From: Terriglobia bacterium
GTDB lineage: Bacteria; Acidobacteriota; Terriglobia; Acidiferrales; UBA7541
Direction: 5' to 3'
NCBI GenBank assembly: GCA_963746945.1
Contig: CAVVDG010000001.1
Location: 99,077-123,076 of the forward strand
DNA length: 24,000 nt
The position numbers and the translations under genes are program-made. The notes under the pieces are model-generated. The model saw only the letters and a list, made by a program, of their open reading frames with translations, searched no databases and was not told where the DNA came from. Of the stretch, positions 17,444 to 24,000 are shown piece after piece. The stretch's first letter is position 1, and every line of letters starts with the position of its first letter.

Positions 17444-18358
17444 TCATTTTTTTGCTTCCGGCTTGATCGCATGGCCGCCGAACTGGTTCCTCATGGCCGC
17501 CAGCAGTTTATCGGAATACGATTCGGTGTCGCGCGAGGTCAGCCGCTGCAACAGCGCCAGCGTGATCACCGGCGCGGGAACATCCATATCCACGGCCTCG
17601 GCCACGGTCCAGCGCCCTTCTCCCGAATCCGAAACATACGGCGCAATCCCGGACATCTCGGGATTTTCCTTCAGCGCGATGCTGAGCAGGTCCAGCAGCC
17701 AGGACCGCACCACGCTTCCCGTCCGCCAGACTTCCGAGACCTGATGCAGATCGAGCGCGAATTCGCCTTTCTTCTTCAGGATCGCGAAGCCTTCCGCGTA
17801 CGCCTGCATCATTCCGTATTCGATACCATTGTGCACCATCTTCACAAAATGTCCCGCGCCGGACGGGCCCACATGCCCCCAGCCCTTATCCTTGGCGGGC
17901 GCCAGAGTTTCCAGCAGCGGGCGCAGGCTTTCGACCGCGCTGTTATCCCCGCCCACCATCATCGAATATCCTTCCGTCAGCCCCCAGATCCCGCCGCTGG
18001 TGCCGACGTCCACGAACTGAAATCCGCAGCCTTTCAACGACACGGCCCGGCGCTGCGTATCCTTGTAATTGCTGTTTCCGCCGTCAATCAGGATGTCGCC
18101 CTCGGAAAGATGCGGCGTAAGCGCGGCCAGGGTTTCATCCACCGGCGCGCCCGATGGAACCATGATCCAGATGGCTCGAGGTTTGCCGAGGCTGCCGGCC
18201 AGACCGGTAAGGGAATCCGCGCCTCCGCCTCCGGCGGACACCACACGCGCCACGGCGCCTGCATCGCGGTCGTAACCTACGACGCGATGTCCTGCCCGCA
18301 CCAGGCGCTCCGCCATGTTCGCGCCCATGCGGCCCAGGCCAACCATGCCGAGTTCCAT
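17444..18358 (-). CDS. gnd: 6-phosphogluconate dehydrogenase (decarboxylating), short ~300-aa form
   Basis: MVGLGRMGANMAERL, DGGNSNYKDT, GTSGGIWG and GAGHFVKMVHNGIEYGMMQAYAEG. GGAGG lies 5 nt upstream of the ATG. Confidence 0.92.
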   Translation of the reverse strand: MELGMVGLGRMGANMAERLVRAGHRVVGYDRDAGAVARVVSAGGGGADSLTGLAGSLGKPRAIWIMVPSGAPVDETLAALTPHLSEGDILIDGGNSNYKDTQRRAVSLKGCGFQFVDVGTSGGIWGLTEGYSMMVGGDNSAVESLRPLLETLAPAKDKGWGHVGPSGAGHFVKMVHNGIEYGMMQAYAEGFAILKKKGEFALDLHQVSEVWRTGSVVRSWLLDLLSIALKENPEMSGIAPYVSDSGEGRWTVAEAVDMDVPAPVITLALLQRLTSRDTESYSDKLLAAMRNQFGGHAIKPEAKK

Positions 18359-18374
18359 CTGATCCTCCCGATGA

Positions 18375-18992
18375 CTATTCCGCGATCGCCACGCCGCACG
18401 CCGCTAATTCCCGCCGCAACTGCGCCGCGTTTTGAAAATGAATCGTGCGCATCCGCAACTGTTGCGCGCACTCCAGATTCAGTTCGCGGTCGTCAATAAA
18501 CATACATTCCTCGGGCCGGCGCTGGGTCACTTCCAGAGCCAGCTTATAGATTCCTTCATCCGGCTTCCGGATGCCCAGGTAGCAGGAACTGAAAAAGGCT
18601 TTGAATTCCCGCCGCAGCTGAAACTGCCGGATCCGGTATTCGTTCAGCTCCATCGGCTCGTTATTGATGGTCGAAAGCAGATACTTGCCCGACGCGGCCA
18701 CGGCCGAAAGGATCGCTCGCGTTTCCGGATGCTCGACCGATTGCGCGAACATGAAAGCGGTAAATTCCTCCCGCGTGAAGGCGCGTTTGCGGTAAAAAAT
18801 GATTCGCTCCAGGTACATATCGAGGGTGATTTTTCCCGTTTCAAATGCGGGGCTCGCGAGTTCATGCCGGTCCTGCAACTCTTCCCAATCCAGGCCGAAC
18901 TTGTCCGACGCCGCCAGACGGGCGGTGCGATCCCAACCGTTCGACAGAATGACTCCGCCGACATCCCAGAACAGCGCTGTCACATCCTGCAT
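18375..18992 (-). CDS. HAD-superfamily phosphatase, YihX-like (putative sugar-phosphate phosphatase)
   Basis: Motif I is FWDVGGVIL, motif II is STINN, and the motif III/IV region is LGIRKPDEGIY...FIDDRELNLECA. By eye the order and spacing parallel E. coli YihX. The stop lies 16 nt upstream of the gnd start. Confidence 0.8.
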   Translation of the reverse strand: MQDVTALFWDVGGVILSNGWDRTARLAASDKFGLDWEELQDRHELASPAFETGKITLDMYLERIIFYRKRAFTREEFTAFMFAQSVEHPETRAILSAVAASGKYLLSTINNEPMELNEYRIRQFQLRREFKAFFSSCYLGIRKPDEGIYKLALEVTQRRPEECMFIDDRELNLECAQQLRMRTIHFQNAAQLRRELAACGVAIAE

Positions 18993-19193
18993 TGCGCCCC
19001 CCTACCAGCCAAACGCGCGACCCGATTATTGTAAGCGAACCTGGATTTCAAGAGGTGCAATGTTCCAAAATCATTTTCTAAAATCCTGCGCCGGGCTTTC
19101 CGGCCCCGGCCGGTTTGGATTTCATTGAATCTTGCAGTATCGTAGGAGGGACACGATAGCTCAATTCTTGAATCAGTTCGAGGGAGGATGCAG

Positions 19194-19532
19194 ATGGCGG
19201 ATGATTCCAGCGGGCCCACAAAACCAGAGGCTTCCGGTGAACCCCAAAAGCCGGGCGAACGAATCGTACATTGCGTGAAATTCGGCAAAGATCTTCCTGG
19301 TCTGGACCGGGTTCCCTGGAAGGGCGAACTGGGCAAGAAAGTCTACGAGAATGTGTCCAAAGACGCGTGGAAGCTGTGGATCGAACACTCGAAGATGCTG
19401 ATGAACGAGTACCGCTTGAATCCACTCGACCCGCAATCGCAGAAGATCATGGAAGAGCAAATGGACCAGTTTTTCTTCGGCGAAGGCGCAAAACTTCCCG
19501 CGGAATACGTTCCGCCAAAGGCCAAGGGTTAA
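19194..19532 (+). CDS. yggX: Fe(2+)-trafficking / oxidative-damage protection protein YggX
   Basis: IVHCVKFGKDLPGLDRVPWKGELGKKVYENVSKDAWKLWIEHSKMLMNEYRLNP...EEQMDQFFFGEG parallels E. coli YggX (IFCTFLQREAEG...YPGELGKRIYNEISKEAW). GGAGG is 6 nt upstream of the ATG at 19194, whereas the track start at 19188 abuts the SD. Confidence 0.85.
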   Translation: MADDSSGPTKPEASGEPQKPGERIVHCVKFGKDLPGLDRVPWKGELGKKVYENVSKDAWKLWIEHSKMLMNEYRLNPLDPQSQKIMEEQMDQFFFGEGAKLPAEYVPPKAKG

Positions 19533-20824
19533 TCCGGCGTCCCCGCGGGCGGCAGCGTTCCGGTTACCGGATGCTCGACCGGCAATCGTTCGATCATTTC
19601 GAATTTTAGAACGCTGTGCGCAAGGCGGAGCGTTGCCTCCACTTCCTCGGGCGATTTCGCTCTCGCGAAAATAAATCCAAGATAGGTCGATCCCTCCGGC
19701 CACGCCGCGATGAAGTCGTGCAGGCGGGCCGTAATCTCTACCCCGTCCACATGCGGCGTCGCGCGGGCTTTTTCCACTCCCTCGACGCCCTCCAGGACCC
19801 CCGTTTTCGGCACCGGAACCATCATGACGCCGGAGGCCTCGCTTTCCCGGTCCAGATCGCTGTCCGGCAATCCCATCGCATGGCGCACGAGCAATTCCTC
19901 CAGCGGAATCAGCTGCGGGCCAAAACGCAGCGCGCGCGAACACAGGCCGCCAATGGGCCTTGGCGATACTTCGAGCACCCACGGACCCTGCTCGTTCACC
20001 CGGAATTCGGCATGCACCGGTCCATGCGTGAGTCCCAGGGCGCGAACTGTTGCCGCAGCGCAGTCCGCGATGCGTTCCTGCATCTCCTCCGGCTGCCGAG
20101 ACGGCGTGACGTAGATGGTTTCCTCGAAGTACGGCCCTTCCAGCGCGTCGGGCTTGTCGAAGATCGCCAGCGTCCGCAACTTCCCTCGCGTCAATAATCC
20201 TTCGACGGCAACTTCCGCGCCCGGAATGTACCGCTCGACAAGCACGCGGTCGAGTTCCCCTTCGCGCGTGGCCTGAATTTCGGGAGAGTTCAGGAGAGAC
20301 TGGATGCGCTCCACGGCCGCTTGAAACTCCTCGGGATTGTTGGCGCGGATCACGCCCTGGCTCGCCGCCAGCCGCAAAGGTTTGACGACGCACGGGAAAT
20401 GCACGCGCGGAAGAATTTTCTCCACGCGCTTATCGAGGCGGAAGCAGAAAAACCCCGGCACTGGCAGGCCCGCCTCGCGCAGCACTTCCCGCTGGCGCAA
20501 TTTACTGCGGCAATTTTCGACCGCCGCGGGCGAGTTGTACGGAATCCGGATGGCGCGGGCCACGAAAGCGGCGGAGGCCGCCGGACGATCGCCCAGCGCG
20601 ATCAGCCCGTCCAGCGGACGCACCAGGGATTGTTGAACGATGCGCCGCGCGGCATCCTCCGGCCGGTCGAAACGCACGGCCATGGCGCCGTCCGACCAGG
20701 GATCTTCGAGCTGGTCGCAGCGGTCGCTGGCGAACACGACTTCCACGCCCAGCGCGCGCGCCGTTTCGGCAAAGCTGCGCGTCTGGTAACCCAGCTTGCT
20801 CGCGAGGATGAGGATACGGCTCAT
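19529..20824 (-). CDS. ATP-grasp enzyme, L-amino-acid-ligase-like
   Basis: It has a pre-ATP-grasp N-domain, FPCVVKPLRLAASQGV (ATP lysine), VLVERYIPGAEVAVEG, and GPVHAEFRVNEQGPWVLEVSPRPIGG (Mg/ATP-binding loop). A C-terminal alpha/beta domain (GVLEGVEGVEKA...GFIFARAKSPEEVEATL) resembles the C-domains of amino-acid ligases. Confidence 0.85.
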   Translation of the reverse strand: MSRILILASKLGYQTRSFAETARALGVEVVFASDRCDQLEDPWSDGAMAVRFDRPEDAARRIVQQSLVRPLDGLIALGDRPAASAAFVARAIRIPYNSPAAVENCRSKLRQREVLREAGLPVPGFFCFRLDKRVEKILPRVHFPCVVKPLRLAASQGVIRANNPEEFQAAVERIQSLLNSPEIQATREGELDRVLVERYIPGAEVAVEGLLTRGKLRTLAIFDKPDALEGPYFEETIYVTPSRQPEEMQERIADCAAATVRALGLTHGPVHAEFRVNEQGPWVLEVSPRPIGGLCSRALRFGPQLIPLEELLVRHAMGLPDSDLDRESEASGVMMVPVPKTGVLEGVEGVEKARATPHVDGVEITARLHDFIAAWPEGSTYLGFIFARAKSPEEVEATLRLAHSVLKFEMIERLPVEHPVTGTLPPAGTPD

Positions 20825-20860
20825 GCGGTGGATGTATGCCTGATGCTGGTACTCGCCTCT

Positions 20861-20904
20861 AAGCGGGCCTAAACGGGCCTAAACGGGCCTAAACGGGCCT
20901 AAAC
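20861..20904. repeat. 10-bp tandem repeat (AAACGGGCCT), about 4.4 copies
   Basis: Read directly: aagcgggcct aaacgggcct aaacgggcct aaacgggcct aaac. That is three perfect units, one with a single mismatch, and a partial unit. The array fills most of the 74-nt gap between the radical SAM stop (TAG, 20899-20901) and the ATP-grasp start (20824). Confidence 0.9.
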
Positions 20905-22350
20905 AAACTGGTCCGCCTTGGGGACCGCTTCCTTCACTTTTCCGATGGACACAAGCTGATCGTTCATGGGCTCGGCGCAACAATACCAGGGCTCGTCCAG
21001 ATAAGGTACCGGCGCGGCTTGCGCTACGGGGGGAGCCGAGTCCCGCGGCGCGCGAATCCCGGCGGCCGCCATCGCCGCCCGCCGAATATGCCAAAATATT
21101 TCTGTCCGCGACAATTTGAGCGCATCGCCCCGCTGCACGAGGTCGGAAACGACGCGCGCCAGAGCGTCTACGCGGGCGTCTTCGTGCTTCCACGGATACA
21201 CAAGCGCCGCGGAATCAAACGGCCCCACCATGACGCGCATCTCCGGCAAATCCAGCAGGAGCGAGCCCGCCGGAATCAGCAGGCGGATCGCGAGTTGAAT
21301 GGGGGCGACATTCTCGCGCAAATCTTCCTGCGCGATCACGTCCAGCAGATCGATATATCCCTCAAGCGTGGTCCACGGCGTGAAAGGCACGAACGTGGGC
21401 AACAGCGTCATGCCCAATTCCCGGAACCTTGCGGCGACGGCGCGGAAATCGGCGCGCGTGTGTCCTTTATCGAACTTTTCGAGCACAACATCGTCCACCG
21501 ATTCGACCGCGCTGATCACGAACAGGCATCCGGTATCGCGCAGGGTTGCCAGATGATCGTCGTGCCTGCGCAAGTGCTCGATTTTGATCGTCACGTCGTA
21601 GGTGAGTTCCGGAAATTCGCGGTGCATCGCTTCGACGATGGGAAGGGCGTGCGCGGGGCCATTAAAGAAATCCGGGTCGCCAAACGTTATGTGCTGCGCC
21701 CCGGCCGCCACCTGACGGCGGATATCCTCCAGCACAACGTCGCGCTCGACCACGCGAAATGCGCCGTTGTACACGGGCACAATCGGACAGTGCCGGCAAA
21801 GGTGCTTGCATCCGCGCGTCGCTTCGGTCGACCCCGCAATGCGGCGTTCCCCGCCGGGCATCACGACGCGCGCGTACCTGCCAAGCTCCGGCATTCCCGC
21901 GCGGTCAGGCACAAGAAATTTCTGCCGCTCAAGCGAAATCACCGGCTCCGGCTGCGCCGCGCCGCCATTTTGATTTTCCGCGGCCTGCTGCAGGCGATCC
22001 GCGAGACTTGCCAGACCCTGCTCGAATTCCCCGCCCAGAATCGTACCCACGCCGAGGCCGCGCAGGTATTCTTCGTTCACGGGAGCGTAGAGGCCATAAA
22101 AGCAGAGATGCGCGTGTGGATTCATTCCCCGAACAGAAGTGATGAGTCCCGCGGCAAGCCGTGTGGCCGTGTGCATGGGCACATAAAAGGCGATCAAATC
22201 CGCCGGACCAATCGCGCCCTCATCGAGCGATTGCCGGGTCAGATCGAGGCAGGCGACCTCATGCGCGCGGGCGCGAAGCCAGGCCGCGGGCGATGCCAAA
22301 CCGAATGGCTGCCTGCCAAGTTCATACGTTGAGATGAGTACGATGTTCAT
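20899..22350 (-). CDS. Radical SAM enzyme with a B12-binding-like N-domain and a C-terminal CCAEP tail
   Basis: N-terminal Rossmann-like domain (MNIVLISTYELGRQPFGLASP...ADLIAFYVPMHT), a CxxxCxxC motif (GCKHLCRHCP), a TIM-barrel-like core (ITFGDPDFF...ISAVESVDD), and the tail YLDEPWYCCAEPMNDQL (TGT TGC at 20977-20982). Confidence 0.9.
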   Translation of the reverse strand: MNIVLISTYELGRQPFGLASPAAWLRARAHEVACLDLTRQSLDEGAIGPADLIAFYVPMHTATRLAAGLITSVRGMNPHAHLCFYGLYAPVNEEYLRGLGVGTILGGEFEQGLASLADRLQQAAENQNGGAAQPEPVISLERQKFLVPDRAGMPELGRYARVVMPGGERRIAGSTEATRGCKHLCRHCPIVPVYNGAFRVVERDVVLEDIRRQVAAGAQHITFGDPDFFNGPAHALPIVEAMHREFPELTYDVTIKIEHLRRHDDHLATLRDTGCLFVISAVESVDDVVLEKFDKGHTRADFRAVAARFRELGMTLLPTFVPFTPWTTLEGYIDLLDVIAQEDLRENVAPIQLAIRLLIPAGSLLLDLPEMRVMVGPFDSAALVYPWKHEDARVDALARVVSDLVQRGDALKLSRTEIFWHIRRAAMAAAGIRAPRDSAPPVAQAAPVPYLDEPWYCCAEPMNDQLVSIGKVKEAVPKADQFV

Positions 22351-22467
22351 CCGGCCTTGAGAATTGCAGATGCGGTTTCAAGCGGGCGCGGGCTGGGCTG
22401 GCGCTCGCCTTGAGGGAATTTAAATACGGTTCAGACCGAGGAGCCAGCCTTCTCTGTCTGGTTTTCT

Positions 22468-22493
22468 CTGAGCGTTTTTGCTGAGCGTTTTCA
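22468..22493. repeat. 13-bp tandem duplication in the rSAM upstream region
   Basis: ctgagcgtttttg followed by ctgagcgttttca, with 11 of 13 positions identical. Read directly. Confidence 0.7.
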
Positions 22494-22722
22494 GTGATCC
22501 CGTTCAAAGATCCCGAATGGCGACCGTCCCTCGGCTCCTTCCAGGAAGGAAGATGACCAAGGAAAGCATCGCCGTTTTTTTCTCAGCTGCCGGCCCGCAG
22601 CCATAAGCTCGGAGGAGAGGAATCAGAATTCAATTCTTGTGCCTACCAGGCGACACCCCAAATGCACAAGTTATCGATGCCGCCCTCTCCGCCCGAACTC
22701 TCTGATAGCGGTACGCCCAAAT

Positions 22723-23064
22723 TTATGGACAGGTAGCAGAGATATGCTTCATCGCGGTTACCTTCATGTAGTGCGGGGCCTTCGGAACGTTCTTGTTTTC
22801 CTTCATCGCTTCGGCTTCGGGCACTGCCGTTCCGGTAATTTCCACCTTATGTCCGATGTGCGGGGCCATGTTCACCGTCGACGATACGATTCCCACCGTC
22901 TTGGGTCCCTTTGCCAGGTCGGTGAGCATGTAGGTTCCGGCTGTGGGTCCCGCCCGCAAACATCCGGTCATGTTGTGAACTTTTGGCGCTTCCTGGGCAT
23001 GCGTGCCTGTGGAAATGGCAAACACGCAGGAAACAACGATTGCTGCAAGGATCGAAAGTTTCAT
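22723..23064 (-). CDS. Small secreted protein with a conserved-looking Cys pair, function unknown
   Basis: Perfect GGAGG 5 nt upstream of the ATG. Signal peptide MKLSILAAIVVSCVFAISTGTHA/QE. The mature ~90-aa beta-rich sequence has Cys in NMTGCLRAG and in the C-terminal SATCP, plus HIGHKVEITGT. Confidence 0.75.
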   Translation of the reverse strand: MKLSILAAIVVSCVFAISTGTHAQEAPKVHNMTGCLRAGPTAGTYMLTDLAKGPKTVGIVSSTVNMAPHIGHKVEITGTAVPEAEAMKENKNVPKAPHYMKVTAMKHISATCP

Positions 23065-23162
23065 ACAAACCTCCTGATAGGTAGAGGATCGTTGGCGATC
23101 ATAACACAGGTGGTGCCGCTATCGCCGACGGCCCGCCTTCACGCACGGCTCGCAAAGCCGCG

Positions 23163-23188
23163 AACCCTGTGCCGCGACCCTGTGCCGC
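23163..23188. repeat. 13-bp tandem direct repeat upstream of acnA
   Basis: aaccctgtgccgc followed by gaccctgtgccgc, with 12 of 13 positions identical. It is followed 9 nt later by TATAAA. Confidence 0.8.
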
Positions 23189-23299
23189 TTTCCCGAGTAT
23201 AAAATTTATCGCAACGCGCCTGGACTCGCAAGCTGCGCGGAACCCCAGGATGAGTTATGATATTGTCCCTGCAAAAATTGAGAAAGGAACAACAGGAGA

Positions 23300-24000
23300 A
23301 TGTCCCCAGTATCCAAGAATTCGTTCGGCACGCGCGAAACGCTGCCGGTTGACGGAAAAAATTACGAAATTTTCAAATTGAGCGCGCTGGAGAAAAAGGG
23401 CGTGGGCCATCCCGCGAAGCTTCCCTTCTCGCTGCGCGTGCTGCTGGAAAACCTGCTGCGCCAGGAAGACGGGCGATTCGTTCACCCGCAGGATATCGAA
23501 GCGCTGGCGGCGTGGGAACCGAATTCGGCGGCGCAGAAAGAAATTTCCTTCATGCCCGCGCGCGTGCTGCTGCAGGACTTCACCGGCGTACCCGCCGTGG
23601 TTGATCTGGCCGCGATGCGCGAAGCGTTCCGCGAACTGGGCGGCGACCCGAAAAAGGTCAATCCCCTGCTGCCTGCCGAGCTTGTGATTGACCACTCCGT
23701 GCAGGTGGACAAATCCGGCTCCGACATGGCCTTCGCCTTCAATGCGGAACTTGAATTCCACCGCAACGTCGAGCGCTACGCCTTCCTGCGCTGGGGGCAG
23801 GAAGCCATGGACAACTTTAAAGTTGTTCCTCCGGACACTGGCATCTGCCACCAAGTGAACCTGGAATACCTCGCGCGCGTCGTGTTTGACGCCGCCGTGG
23901 ACGGCAAGTCATTTGCGTTCCCCGATTCGCTGGTCGGCACGGATTCACACACCACGATGGTCAACTCCCTCGGCGTGTTTGGCTGGGGCGTCGGCGGCAT
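23300..24000 (+). CDS. acnA: Aconitate hydratase A (N-terminal part, runs off the right edge)
   Basis: Not in the ORF track because there is no in-window stop. My translation from ATG 23300 is [34 protein letters not shown]...[14 protein letters not shown]...[24 protein letters not shown]...[22 protein letters not shown]. These are hallmark aconitase motifs. Confidence 0.93.
   Translation, partial: MSPVSKNSFGTRETLPVDGKNYEIFKLSALEKKGVGHPAKLPFSLRVLLENLLRQEDGRFVHPQDIEALAAWEPNSAAQKEISFMPARVLLQDFTGVPAVVDLAAMREAFRELGGDPKKVNPLLPAELVIDHSVQVDKSGSDMAFAFNAELEFHRNVERYAFLRWGQEAMDNFKVVPPDTGICHQVNLEYLARVVFDAAVDGKSFAFPDSLVGTDSHTTMVNSLGVFGWGVGG

Noticed and set aside
15126-18499. Series of long + strand ORFs (15126..16094, 16282..17307, 17243..18499) opposite pgl, zwf and gnd
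   Set aside because: All are antisense to genes with textbook motifs. Their translations are Arg/His/Pro/Gly-rich with no domain signatures.
20861-20904. The 10-bp repeat array as a CRISPR or mobile-element end
   Set aside because: The units are contiguous with no spacers and are far too short for CRISPR repeats. No inverted partner, target-site duplication or transposase/integrase gene is nearby.
21019-22332. 437-aa + strand ORF opposite the radical SAM gene
   Set aside because: It is antisense to a protein with CxxxCxxC and a coherent domain order. The composition is shadow-like (RRANPGGRHRRPPN...).
22491-22604. 37-codon minus-strand ORF (MAAGRQLRKKRRCFPWSSSFLEGAEGRSPFGIFERDH) upstream of the rSAM gene, considered as a possible precursor peptide
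   Set aside because: It has no purine-rich SD (upstream is CTCCTCCGAGCTT) and an Arg/Lys-run composition typical of a chance ORF. No leader or core features are recognisable. Only conservation analysis could rescue it.
22639-23202. 187-aa + strand ORF (GTG start after GGAGGAGAGG)
   Set aside because: It is mostly antisense to the small secreted protein gene, which has a perfect SD and signal peptide. Its translation is Arg/His/Cys-rich without structure.

Overview
This is a GC-rich, gene-dense bacterial chromosomal window. I recognised no rRNA, tRNA, CRISPR array, transposase or integrase. The gene content (TPR lipoprotein, GldA/F/G-like ABC operon with a DUF4340 protein, small secreted proteins) reminds me of Acidobacteriota, but that is only an impression. 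Left to right the window holds: a partial TPR lipoprotein (-); a secreted protein with a permuted papain-fold His...Cys signature (+); a four-gene ABC-2/GldG/DUF4340 operon whose permease carries a frameshift (+); a secreted MBL-fold hydrolase (-); and a + strand run of PilZ, MetE-like methyltransferase, putidaredoxin-type [2Fe-2S] ferredoxin, PPK2, and a geranylgeranyl-reductase-like flavoprotein overlapping a YceI gene. Next comes a tightly packed minus-strand operon: HAD (YihX-like) phosphatase, gnd, zwf, pgl, glk. It is followed by yggX (+), an ATP-grasp ligase and a CCAEP-tail radical SAM enzyme (-), a small secreted Cys-pair protein (-), and the 5' part of aconitase acnA (+). The best candidate for an undescribed system is the radical SAM plus ATP-grasp pair at 19.5-22.4 kb. 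Its two genes are separated by a 10-bp tandem repeat and preceded by a 372-bp non-coding region. All family assignments come from motif recognition by eye. No database search was possible.
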